Below are positions 1 to 8,808 of a stretch of DNA of 64,000 bases, piece by piece. Made by a program: the position numbers and the translations under genes. The stretch is from Saprospiraceae bacterium (GTDB lineage: Bacteria; Bacteroidota; Bacteroidia; Chitinophagales; Saprospiraceae): positions 15,850 to 79,849 of the forward strand of contig JBGSKQ010000080.1 in NCBI GenBank assembly GCA_041741095.1. Reading direction: 5' to 3'. Under the pieces are notes generated by a model that saw only the letters and a list, made by a program, of their open reading frames with translations, was not told the DNA's origin and did no database searches. The first letter of the stretch is position 1. Every line of letters begins with the position of its first letter.

Positions 1-890
1 TATGGTCAAATGGTGCAACAACGGCCCAGGTGGAAAACCTGGGAGCATGCGATTACGAAGTCACTATGACCGATGCGGCGGGTTGTACGCTCATTGCACA
101 AAATAGCCTAACGGAGCCTACCCTTTTGCAATTCATAGCATTTTTCAGCGATCCAACCTGCGATGGTTTCAATACGGGGAGTGCTGCCATCAACAGCGTT
201 TCCGGCGGAGTGCAACCTTATCTATTCAGCCTCAACAACAGCCCGTTTGACACCATTCAGCTATTTGAAAATTTACCCGGAGGCACGTATGAACTTACCG
301 TGCAAGACGCCAACGGCTGCAGCACCACTGCCGAGTCGGCCTTGGCCGTGCCGGGCATTCCTATCATTGATGCAGGCGAAGACGTGACCATTAAGCTGGC
401 GGAAAGTGCCCGTCTGTATGTAGTGAGCAGTGTACCGCCCGATACCATCATCTGGTCGGCACTGCCCGGCCTTTCTTGTTATGATTGTCAAATAACCGAT
501 GCCTCGCCCGTACAGACGACGACCTACACGGTCACCGTTATCTCGGAAGATGGCTGCACTGCCAGCGACAGCGTGACAGTCAACTTATTGCACATCCGGG
601 ATTTTTATGTGCCAAATGTTTTCAGTCCCAATGCCGATGGGTTGAACGATGCGGTGACCATCTACAGCGGCCCCGCAGTAATGGAAGTGTCCAAGTTCCT
701 AGTCTTCGACCGCTGGGGTGAGCTGGTTTTTGAAAAGCACCATTTTCAGCCCAATGATCTGGAGGCGGGATGGGACGGCACCTTCAAGGACAAACAATTA
801 AAACCCGCCGTTTTTACCTGGTTTGCCGAGGTTCTTTTTATAGATGGCGAAACGGAGAAGGCCGAAGGGGACGTAAGTTTGTTGCGTTAA
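1..890 (+). CDS. C-terminal part of a SprB-repeat adhesin-like protein with T9SS type B (gliding-motility C-terminal, CHU_C-like) sorting domain; 5' end off-window
   Basis: The frame is open from nt 3. It reads WSNGATTAQVENLGACDYEVTMTDAAGC, the same repeat signature seen about 19 times in the 38706-45929 gene. The C-terminus (FYVPNVFSPNADGLNDAVTIY...FDRWGELVF...WDGTF...VFTWFAEV) matches the tails of the 32973-35360 and 38706-45929 proteins. Confidence 0.85.
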   Translation, partial: WSNGATTAQVENLGACDYEVTMTDAAGCTLIAQNSLTEPTLLQFIAFFSDPTCDGFNTGSAAINSVSGGVQPYLFSLNNSPFDTIQLFENLPGGTYELTVQDANGCSTTAESALAVPGIPIIDAGEDVTIKLAESARLYVVSSVPPDTIIWSALPGLSCYDCQITDASPVQTTTYTVTVISEDGCTASDSVTVNLLHIRDFYVPNVFSPNADGLNDAVTIYSGPAVMEVSKFLVFDRWGELVFEKHHFQPNDLEAGWDGTFKDKQLKPAVFTWFAEVLFIDGETEKAEGDVSLLR

Positions 891-1032
891 ACAGCTTTAA
901 AAAAAAGCAACGGTGGGATGCGGATAAGATTGAACTTCTTTTCTATACATTTGCCCTGTCACCAAAGACAACACCAAACTGAGCCGGAAACTATTATTCA
1001 TCCTTATACTCGCCAGCTCGACGGTCGCAATT

Positions 1033-2331
1033 TTGGCCACTTTATTATTTGAAACTAATATAGTGGCTTTGCCCTCCGCCATCCCTGCCATTTTACGCTG
1101 GGCAGCCATTGGTTTTTTAAGTTTTGCTTGCTATCGCCGAAAATCCCTCACGACTTGGATACTGTTCAGCATGGTCATCGGGGCGGAGGTAGGCCACGAC
1201 TTCCCGGCCGTGGCGCAGGAACTGAAAATCGTCTCCAAGATTTTCCTCAAACTCATCAAGACCATCATTGCTCCGCTCATTTTTGGCACCTTGGTGGTTG
1301 GCATCGCTGGCCATGCCGACCTGAAACAGGTGGGGCGCATGGGCTGGAAGTCCATCGTATATTTTGAAATAGCGACCACCATTGCCTTGTTCATCGGCTT
1401 GTTTGCCATCAACATCAGCAAGGCAGGAGTAGGCATTATACTACCGCCCAGCACTGAAACGGAAACCCTCGATGTGCCGCCGCCGATGGGCTGGCAGGAA
1501 ACCATCCTCCATATTTTCCCTGAAAACATTGCCAAGAGCATCGCCGAAGGGCAAGTGCTGCAAATCGTGGTATTCAGCATTTTGTTCGCCATTGGACTGG
1601 CGATGGTACAGGAGCCACACAAGCGCAACATGCTCGGTTTCTGCGAAAGCCTGACGGAGGTCATGTTCAAGTTCACCAATGTGGTGATGTACTTCGCCCC
1701 CTTTGCAGTTGGGGCAGCTATTGCCTATACGGTGGGGCACATGGGCTTTGGCATTTTGGTCAATTTATTCAAACTACTGGCCACGCTGTATGCGGCGCTG
1801 ATAGCTTTTGTGCTGTTGGTGTTCCTGCCGGTAGCGCTTATTATCAAACTGCCCATCAGAAAATTCATTAATGCCGTGGCCGAGCCTGCCACGATTGCAT
1901 TTGCCACAACCAGTTCGGAAGCAGCCCTGCCGAAGGCACTGGAGAATATGGAAAAGTTCGGCGTACCCAGGAAAATTGTGGCTTTTGTGCTGCCCGCAGG
2001 CTACAGCTTCAACCTCGATGGTTCGACGCTTTACCTTTCGCTGGCCACTATTTTTGTGGCCCAAGCGGCGGGCATCGAACTATCCATTGGCCAACAAATA
2101 TTGATACTCCTTACCCTGATGCTTACTACCAAAGGCATTGCCGGAGTACCCCGTGCCTCGCTGGTCATTTTGATGGCCACAGCAACGGCTTTCGGGTTGC
2201 CTGTCGAGCCGATTTTCATCATCCTCGGCATTGACGAACTGATGGACATGGCCCGCACGACCGTGAATTTGGTGGGAAATTGCCTCGCCTCTACCGTGGT
2301 GGCAAGGTGGGAAAAGGAAGGGGATTTTTAA
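1033..2331 (+). CDS. dicarboxylate/amino acid:cation symporter (DAACS, GltP/DctA family)
   Basis: 432-aa polytopic ORF. Family-typical segments are LIKTIIAPLIFGTLVVGIAG, ATTSSEAALP, YSFNLDGSTLY and IDELMDMARTTVNLVGN. The exact start codon is uncertain. Confidence 0.85.
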   Translation: MATLLFETNIVALPSAIPAILRWAAIGFLSFACYRRKSLTTWILFSMVIGAEVGHDFPAVAQELKIVSKIFLKLIKTIIAPLIFGTLVVGIAGHADLKQVGRMGWKSIVYFEIATTIALFIGLFAINISKAGVGIILPPSTETETLDVPPPMGWQETILHIFPENIAKSIAEGQVLQIVVFSILFAIGLAMVQEPHKRNMLGFCESLTEVMFKFTNVVMYFAPFAVGAAIAYTVGHMGFGILVNLFKLLATLYAALIAFVLLVFLPVALIIKLPIRKFINAVAEPATIAFATTSSEAALPKALENMEKFGVPRKIVAFVLPAGYSFNLDGSTLYLSLATIFVAQAAGIELSIGQQILILLTLMLTTKGIAGVPRASLVILMATATAFGLPVEPIFIILGIDELMDMARTTVNLVGNCLASTVVARWEKEGDF

Positions 2332-2333
2332 AA

Positions 2334-2410
2334 AGTTGTCCGTTAATCGTTGTCCGTTTTTGGGCAAACAACAATTGACGTGCAACAAACTACGATCAAC
2401 TAACAACTAA
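2334..2410. repeat. inverted arrays of degenerate heptamers (GTTGNNN)
   Basis: Left array is GTTGTCC GTTAATC GTTGTCC GTTTTTG (2335-2362). The right array (2365-2407), read on the other strand, is GTTGTTA GTTGATC GTAGTTT GTTGCAC GTCAATT GTTGTTT. The arrays fill the spacer between two transporter genes. Confidence 0.7.
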
Positions 2411-2414
2411 AAAA

Positions 2415-3767
2415 ATGCTTACCGCAGTCGTCATCACCTTTGTCCTGGCCTACTTGGCCATCGTACTCGAGCACCCGTTAAAATTAGACAAAACCGTACC
2501 TGCCTTATTTGCGGGGGTCATCACTTGGGTGTTTATTTTCACGGGCGGCCTAACCACCGTGGGGGCGGAACACCAAATCGCAGATTCCCACGATGTGCTG
2601 TTGCACCACCTTGGAGAGATTGCCCAAATTCTCGTTTTCCTCATTGGCGCCATGGTCATCGTCGAACTCGTTGACCTGCACCAGGGGTTTTCCATCATCA
2701 CCGACCGAATCCGCACCACCAACAAGTTGAAACTACTGTGGCTGGTGTCTTGGCTGGCGTTTTTTCTGTCATCTGTTTTGGACAACCTGACCACGACCAT
2801 TGTTTTTATTTCCCTGCTCCGCAAACTAATTCCTGACCATAAGGAACGGCTTTGGTACGTCAGTTTTGTCGTCATTGCCGCCAATGCGGGCGGGGCTTGG
2901 ACGCCTATTGGAGACGTGACGACCACCATGCTTTGGATAAAGGAAAAAGTGACGACGCTTGGCCTGATTGAACACCTGGCAGTGCCTTCGTTATTATGCC
3001 TGGGCATTCCGCTTTTATTGGCAGGGATGCTGTCAGTTTTCAAAGGGAACCTGACGGCTAACAAAGCCGGCGTCAACCTGGGATTCGATCAAAACAAGCC
3101 CCCGAAGAGCAGCAATACCATGCTGATGATGGGCCTTGGCGGGTTGATTTTTGTGCCGATATTCAAAGCCCTTACTGGTATGCCACCGTATATGGGCATG
3201 ATGCTTTCCCTGTCTGTAGTGTGGTTGGTGAGCGAGTTTGTGCATCCGGGCGAGGATTTTTCAGAAGAAAGAAAAAAAATGCTCACGGCCCGCCATGCAC
3301 TATCAAGGATAGAAATGTCGAGCATCCTATTTTTCTTGGGCATCCTGCTGGCCGTATCTGCTATGGATGCAGCGGTAGCTGGTACCCATGCCGATGGCCA
3401 CCCGATTGGTTTCCTGACAGCAATGGCGGAAGGCCTTCAAAAAGCCATCCCAAACCTTGATATTGTGGTCATCATCCTTGGCTTCCTATCCGCTATTGTT
3501 GACAATGTACCGTTGGTGGCAGCCGTTATGGGCATGTTCCCGATGGATCAATTCCCGATTGATTCAAAGCTGTGGCAGTTCATTGCCTACACTGCGGGGA
3601 CGGGCGGCAGTATTTTCATCATCGGCTCGGCGGCTGGTGTGGCTGCAATGGGTATGGAGCGCATAGATTTCATTTGGTATTTCAAAAAAATATCGTGGTT
3701 AGCTTTGGTTGGCTATCTTGCGGGCGTGGTTGCGTATTTGATTAGCTACCAGTTATTTCATGCCTAA
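2415..3767 (+). CDS. nhaD: Na+/H+ antiporter, NhaD/ArsB-type ion transporter superfamily
   Basis: 450-aa polytopic ORF. The DNLTTTIVFISLL and IVDNVPLVAAVMGM segments are typical of NhaD-type antiporters. Confidence 0.7.
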   Translation: MLTAVVITFVLAYLAIVLEHPLKLDKTVPALFAGVITWVFIFTGGLTTVGAEHQIADSHDVLLHHLGEIAQILVFLIGAMVIVELVDLHQGFSIITDRIRTTNKLKLLWLVSWLAFFLSSVLDNLTTTIVFISLLRKLIPDHKERLWYVSFVVIAANAGGAWTPIGDVTTTMLWIKEKVTTLGLIEHLAVPSLLCLGIPLLLAGMLSVFKGNLTANKAGVNLGFDQNKPPKSSNTMLMMGLGGLIFVPIFKALTGMPPYMGMMLSLSVVWLVSEFVHPGEDFSEERKKMLTARHALSRIEMSSILFFLGILLAVSAMDAAVAGTHADGHPIGFLTAMAEGLQKAIPNLDIVVIILGFLSAIVDNVPLVAAVMGMFPMDQFPIDSKLWQFIAYTAGTGGSIFIIGSAAGVAAMGMERIDFIWYFKKISWLALVGYLAGVVAYLISYQLFHA

Positions 3768-3788
3768 TTTTTGTTTGAGGGGGTTGTC

Positions 3789-3889
3789 GGGTTTGAATGG
3801 TTTGATGGGTTTGAATTGTTCGGTTTTTATGTCGAACATCTGTCCCATCAAACCATTCAAACAAATCAAACTCCTCAAACCCATTGAAC
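3789..3889. repeat. inverted GGTTTGA-type heptamer arrays forming a 19-bp perfect hairpin
   Basis: GTTTGAATGGTTTGATGGG (3791-3809) is the exact reverse complement of CCCATCAAACCATTCAAAC (3844-3862). Both arms are built from GGTTTGA(A)T units, and further degenerate units extend to 3889. Confidence 0.8.
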
Positions 3890-3899
3890 TACCTAATCT

Positions 3900-5540
3900 A
3901 TGGATTTCAAATCCCTGTTCCGCCGCAAGACCATACCTTCCGTTTTGGCCGACCTCAAAGCAATGGAGGCGGACTCCACCAACAGCCTTGTCAAAAATCT
4001 TCGGCTGGTTGACCTAGTTGCCTTCGGCATCGCCGCCATCATCGGGGCGGGCATATTTTCCACCATCGGCAATGCGGCGCACAGCGGTGGCCCGGCGGTC
4101 AGTTTGCTGTTCCTTTTTACGGCAGTGGCCTGCCTGTTCTCGGCGCTTTGTTATGCAGAATTTGCCAGCACCATTCCCATCAGCGGCAGCGCCTATACTT
4201 ATTCCTACACGGTTTTTGGCGAACTGGTAGCCTGGATCATCGGCTGGAACCTGCTCATGGAATATGCCATTGGCAACAGCACGGTTGCCTTCTCCTGGTC
4301 TGAATATTTTACCAATCTCCTCGCAGGCATGGGCCTTCACATGCCCGATTGGCTTGCCAACGATTATTACACCTGCTCCCGTGCCACAGAAGGGGTGGAT
4401 CTCGCCACCTGGCAAAGCGCCCCTACGCTTGCCGGCCTGAAGATCATATTCGACCTGCCCGCCCTCTTTATCAATGTGCTGGTGACCTGGTTGGTGTATA
4501 TCGGCATCAAGGAGACCAAAACCACTGGCAACCTGCTGGTTTTGTTGAAAATGATGGTGGTTGTGCTGGTCATCGTGGTGGGCGCTTTTTATGTAAAACC
4601 AGAGAACTGGACCCCTTTCGCCCCCAACGGCATGAAGGGCGTGCTGGGCGGCATTGCCGGGGTTTTCTTCGCCTATATCGGTTTCGATGCCATTTCCACC
4701 ACGGCAGAAGAATGCAAAAACCCACAGCGGGATTTGCCCCGTGCCACGGTGATAGTGCTTGTTATTTGTTCTGTGTTGTACCTGCTGATTGCCCTTGTAA
4801 TCACGGGCATGGTCAACTATACGGAACTGAACGTGGGGGATCCGATGGCCTTTATTTTTGAAAAATACAATATGGACTACATGGTGGGCATCGTCTCGGT
4901 AAGTGCCGTGATAGCCATTACGAGCGTGTTCCTGGTGTTCCAATTGGGCCAGCCCCGCATCTGGATGTCCATGGCAAGGGATGGCCTGCTGCCGAAGGCT
5001 TTTGGCAAAATACACCCCCGCTACAAGACGCCTTCCTTTGCCACCATTATGACGGGCGTGGTCGTCGCACTGCCCACGCTGCTGCTCAACCAAGAGGTGG
5101 TGACGGACTTGTGCAGCATCGGCACTTTGTTCGCATTTATGCTGGTGTCTGCGGGCATCCTGTTCATTGACCGGGGGCACGAGGCAGAACGCAAGGTTGC
5201 GTTCAAAGTCCCTTATATCAATGGTCAATACATCGTGCCGGCGCTGTTCATCCTGTGCATGGTTTTTATCAATGAAATGCCAGACAACCACAACATATTT
5301 TCTGGTTTTTCGGCTGAAAAGATACCCTACCTGATGTTTTTCCTCACTTTTGCCACTTTGGCTGTTTTTAGTTTTATGAAAAAATGGTCGCTTATACCCG
5401 TGCTAGGCATCGTTACCAATCTCTACTTGATAGCGGGCCTTGGTCATTTGAACTGGATACGTTTTGGCGTGTGGTGCGCTATCGGTTTGGTGGTTTATTT
5501 TTTATACAGTTATAAAAACAGCAGGTTAGCGAAGCGTTGA
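3900..5540 (+). CDS. amino acid permease, APC superfamily (cationic amino acid transporter-like)
   Basis: 546-aa ORF with about 13-14 hydrophobic spans. APC-typical N-terminal segment: GIAAIIGAGIFSTIGNAAHSGGPAVSLLFLFTAVACLFSALCYAEFAS. Confidence 0.85.
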   Translation: MDFKSLFRRKTIPSVLADLKAMEADSTNSLVKNLRLVDLVAFGIAAIIGAGIFSTIGNAAHSGGPAVSLLFLFTAVACLFSALCYAEFASTIPISGSAYTYSYTVFGELVAWIIGWNLLMEYAIGNSTVAFSWSEYFTNLLAGMGLHMPDWLANDYYTCSRATEGVDLATWQSAPTLAGLKIIFDLPALFINVLVTWLVYIGIKETKTTGNLLVLLKMMVVVLVIVVGAFYVKPENWTPFAPNGMKGVLGGIAGVFFAYIGFDAISTTAEECKNPQRDLPRATVIVLVICSVLYLLIALVITGMVNYTELNVGDPMAFIFEKYNMDYMVGIVSVSAVIAITSVFLVFQLGQPRIWMSMARDGLLPKAFGKIHPRYKTPSFATIMTGVVVALPTLLLNQEVVTDLCSIGTLFAFMLVSAGILFIDRGHEAERKVAFKVPYINGQYIVPALFILCMVFINEMPDNHNIFSGFSAEKIPYLMFFLTFATLAVFSFMKKWSLIPVLGIVTNLYLIAGLGHLNWIRFGVWCAIGLVVYFLYSYKNSRLAKR

Positions 5541-5608
5541 CAGGAGTTGGAAAGGTAAAGCAAACCATCTACCCTCATCAACAGTATCTACTTCATCAAC
5601 CTATAAAA

Positions 5609-6685
5609 ATGATAGCATTAAAACTCATCATCGGTCTTGTCTTGCTCGTGGCTGGTGCAGAAGTGCTGGTAAAAGGCGCATCCAAAATAGCCATAGCCAT
5701 AGGCATCACGCCGCTGGTAATTGGTTTGACGGTGGTAGCATTTGGCACCAGTTCACCAGAATTGGCAGTGAGCGTGATGTCTAGCTTGGAAGGGAAACCC
5801 GACATAGCTCTGGGCAATGTGGTGGGCAGCAATATTTTCAATGTGTTGCTCATCCTGGGCCTGTCTGCCCTGATCGCTCCTTTAGTCGTTGCCCAACAGC
5901 TTATCCGTTTGGATGTCCCAATTATGATTGGCGCTTCGCTGTTGACGTTGTTTTTTGCGTGGGACGGCAACATTCAAGCCTGGGAAGGCGCGGTATTGAT
6001 TGCCATTGGAATTGCTTATGTCGTTTTCCTCATACGTTTGAGCAAAAAAGAAAAAAGCAAGGCCGTTTTAGAGGAGTACAAGGAAGAATATGGCGATGAC
6101 ATTAAAGCTCCAAAGGGCAAATTGTGGGTGTCCATTTTATTGGTCCTGGCCGGGTTGGTATTGCTGGTAATGGGATCGCGCTGGCTGGTGGAGTCGGCAG
6201 TGGTCATTGCTGCCAGCCTGGGGGTCAGCGATTTGGTGGTAGGCCTAACGATTATAGCTGCAGGCACCTCGCTGCCGGAAGTGGCCACCTCTATTATCGC
6301 CACTATGCGTGGCGAAAAGGACATCGCTGTGGGCAACGTAGTAGGCAGCAATATTTTCAATATCTTTTTCATCCTGAGCATGGCAGCTATTGTAGCAAAT
6401 GATGGTGTCCCCATTGCCGATTCAGCTATCCGATTTGACATACCTGTGATGATTGCTGTGGCAGTGGCTTGCTTGCCAATGTTTTTCACCGGGCGTCGGA
6501 TTGACCGCTGGGAAGGGGCGATTTTCCTGGGATATTACGTTGCTTACACCATCTATTTAATACTGGCCAGCCAGCGCCATGCCTCGCTCGAAGCCTTTTC
6601 CAATGCCATGATATGGTTCGTCATCCCCCTCACCGTACTGACACTGGGCGTAGTAACGGTAAGGGAGGCGAGGAGGAAAAATTAA
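5609..6685 (+). CDS. Ca2+/Na+ antiporter (CaCA/YrbG family)
   Basis: Two internal alpha-repeats, GNVVGSNIFNVLLILG and GNVVGSNIFNIFFIL, each preceded by GTSSPE / GTSLPE. I start the gene at ATG 5609 (MIALKLIIG...). The 24 codons upstream look like a non-coding extension. Confidence 0.85.
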   Translation: MIALKLIIGLVLLVAGAEVLVKGASKIAIAIGITPLVIGLTVVAFGTSSPELAVSVMSSLEGKPDIALGNVVGSNIFNVLLILGLSALIAPLVVAQQLIRLDVPIMIGASLLTLFFAWDGNIQAWEGAVLIAIGIAYVVFLIRLSKKEKSKAVLEEYKEEYGDDIKAPKGKLWVSILLVLAGLVLLVMGSRWLVESAVVIAASLGVSDLVVGLTIIAAGTSLPEVATSIIATMRGEKDIAVGNVVGSNIFNIFFILSMAAIVANDGVPIADSAIRFDIPVMIAVAVACLPMFFTGRRIDRWEGAIFLGYYVAYTIYLILASQRHASLEAFSNAMIWFVIPLTVLTLGVVTVREARRKN

Positions 6686-6811
6686 TACTTCACGTGACCA
6701 TTCCCGCCAATGTTAACTGAAGATTAAATTTTAATCAGCGGAGAGTTAACCTGCTGTTGTTCAGCATAGTTGTGCCAGCTTTGCGGCCATAAACCAACTA
6801 AACTGAACAAT

Positions 6812-8209
6812 ATGTTCGGCATTGAAACAGACCTTTCTACGGGCTTGCTGCTGCTGCTCGGCATCACCATCCTCACTGTTTGCATTTTTGAATTTGTCAA
6901 TGGCTTCCACGACACTGCCAATGCGGTGGCGACGGTCATTTATACAGGCAGTCTGCGGCCCATCCCTGCCGTGGTGTGGTCGGGCCTGATGAACTTTGCC
7001 GGGGTGATGGCCAGTGGCTATTTCTTTGGCATGGGCGTGGCGATGAAGATTGCGGGCCTGCTGCCGGTGGAGGCGTTAATGGGACAAGATTTGCACCATA
7101 GCATAGCAATGGTGTTGTCTGTACTTCTGGGGGCTATTATCTGGAACATCGCTACATGGTACAAGGGCATTCCATGTTCCAGTTCGCACACCATGATCGG
7201 GTCCCTGTTGGGGGTAGGTATCGTGTTCTCCTTTGTGCCGGAGAATACGGAACACATCGGTGTCAACTGGAACGAAGCCATCAAAATCGGCAATTCGCTG
7301 CTGTTTTCGCCAGCCTTCGGCTTTTCGATGGCCATTGTGCTGATGTTTATTTTTAAACAAACCATCAAGGACAAGAAGATTTTCAAAGAGCCTGAACAAG
7401 GCACTTCGCCGCCCTGGTACATTCGGGGCTTGCTGATACTCACCTGCACCCTTGTCAGCTTTTTTCATGGCTCCAATGACGGCCAAAAGGGCGTGGGCCT
7501 GCTGCTTATCGTGCTGATGACCTTTCTTCCCTTGCAATTTGCCCTCTCACCCGATTTTGAACCTGCCACCGTTGGCCAATCATTGGAGAAAATACAGGCC
7601 GCCCTACCCTCCGCTTCTATTTACCCTGAAATTCAAAAAACCAACGAAAGCATCGAGGCGCTGAAGCAAGACATCGTCACGCTTGACCCGCAAAACGTGA
7701 AACAACGCCTGGCCATCCGCAAACGGATCACCATCGTTAGGAAAAACCTGGATGTACTGCTGGATGTGCCCAACGTCATCCTCAACAACAAAGACCGCCA
7801 CGCCATTGTCCAAGAAATCAAGCACCTTGGCAGATATACTTCACATGTGCCCACTTGGTGCGTAGTACTTATTTCCGTATCGCTCGGCCTCGGCACTATG
7901 ATTGGTTGGAAGCGAATCGTAGTGACCATCGGCGAAAAAATAGGCAAGCGCCACATGACCTACGCCGAGGGCGCAACGGCTGAACTCATTGCCTCCTCCA
8001 CCATTGGCCTGGCCTCCGGCCTGGGCCTGCCCGTCAGCACCACGCACGTCCTTTCCTCTGGCGTGGCGGGCGCTATGGTAGCTTCTAAAGGCGTAAAAAA
8101 CCTGCAAGGCGACACCATCAAAAGCATTGCCCTTGCCTGGATTCTGACCTTGCCCGTGACGATGATACTATCAGGTTTGATGTATTGGATTTTGAGAAAT
8201 GTGGTGTGA
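6812..8209 (+). CDS. inorganic phosphate transporter (PiT family)
   Basis: The GFHDTANAVATVIYTG and HGSNDGQKG signatures are duplicated across N- and C-terminal halves, with a long hydrophilic central loop. Start chosen at ATG 6812 (MFGIETD...). Confidence 0.85.
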   Translation: MFGIETDLSTGLLLLLGITILTVCIFEFVNGFHDTANAVATVIYTGSLRPIPAVVWSGLMNFAGVMASGYFFGMGVAMKIAGLLPVEALMGQDLHHSIAMVLSVLLGAIIWNIATWYKGIPCSSSHTMIGSLLGVGIVFSFVPENTEHIGVNWNEAIKIGNSLLFSPAFGFSMAIVLMFIFKQTIKDKKIFKEPEQGTSPPWYIRGLLILTCTLVSFFHGSNDGQKGVGLLLIVLMTFLPLQFALSPDFEPATVGQSLEKIQAALPSASIYPEIQKTNESIEALKQDIVTLDPQNVKQRLAIRKRITIVRKNLDVLLDVPNVILNNKDRHAIVQEIKHLGRYTSHVPTWCVVLISVSLGLGTMIGWKRIVVTIGEKIGKRHMTYAEGATAELIASSTIGLASGLGLPVSTTHVLSSGVAGAMVASKGVKNLQGDTIKSIALAWILTLPVTMILSGLMYWILRNVV

Positions 8210-8222
8210 GGGGGGTAATTAA

Positions 8223-8260
8223 GTCATTAGTCATTTTGTTATTGGTCATTTTGTCATTGG
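8223..8260. repeat. tandem degenerate heptamers (GTCATTN)
   Basis: GTCATTA GTCATTT TGTTATT GGTCATT TTGTCATT lies directly after the PiT stop codon. Two more GTCATTN units occur at 22926-22939. Confidence 0.65.
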
Positions 8261-8372
8261 ATAAAATTTTGACAATCAGCTATGTAAATGATAAAAAGCT
8301 GTATGAATAAAAGATTCTCAAAATATTAGCTGCCGACATGAGGCACTCAAGGGGCAATGTTGTAAAACTTAA

Positions 8373-8563
8373 CGACCCTGAAAGGGTCGAACTTGAATAG
8401 TTCCGGATGAAATCCGGGGTATTTGGTGGGGGATTAGCAACAACCCTGAAGGGGTTGAATGATTATAATTCCTTGGTATTCAGCCCCTTTGGGGTTGCCA
8501 TCATCGCTTGATTCAATCCCCGGATGAAATCCGGGGCTATTCACGTTTGACCACTTTGTGGTC
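8373..8563. repeat. cluster of six short GC-rich hairpins (REP/MITE-like mosaic)
   Basis: The hairpins are CGACCCtgaaaGGGTCG (8373-8389), CCGGATgaaATCCGG (8403-8417), CAACCCtgaagGGGTTG (8441-8457), CAGCCCCtttGGGGTTG (8481-8497), CCCCGGATgaaATCCGGGG (8518-8536) and GACCACtttGTGGTC (8549-8563). The CCGGATGAAATCCGG and ACCCTGAARGGGTYGAA modules each occur twice. Confidence 0.75.
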
Positions 8564-8808
8564 TCGATTTCCATTAAGCTATTGCCAATATCCTAACGGG
8601 GTCATTCTATGGGCAATGAACAGTTTTTTAAACCTCGACGGCCTTGTCCCAACAATGCCCAAAACTTGGCGTTGCGAGCTATAAACCATATCAACTTTAT
8701 CAACCCTATCTAAAATTTAGTGGTGCGTAGTAGGAACTGGAATAATAGCTTATTTAAAGAAAAATAACTATCCTTGCCATTGTAATTTTTCATAAACAGG
8801 GGCATTGA

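Noticed and set aside
3760-4017. 85-aa ORF (MPNFCLRGLSGLNGLMGLN...) between the nhaD-like and permease genes
   Set aside because: It is a translation of the GGTTTGA heptamer arrays, and it overlaps the start of the permease gene out of frame.
4014-5291. 425-aa minus-strand ORF antisense to the APC permease gene
   Set aside because: It is a His/Gly/Arg/Gln-rich low-complexity translation with no domain-like segments. It lies entirely within a well-supported plus-strand membrane-protein gene. This is a typical antisense open frame of GC-rich coding DNA.
8210-8808. Search for tRNA/tmRNA/RNase P-like genes in the long non-coding gaps (8210-8808, 11449-11863, 25048-25471, 53179-53545, 58501-58941)
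   Set aside because: By eye I saw no cloverleaf with a GTTCRANYC T-loop and no RNase P GAGGAAAGUCC-type motif. The gaps are occupied by repeat or hairpin elements instead. A covariance-model scan is still needed to be sure.
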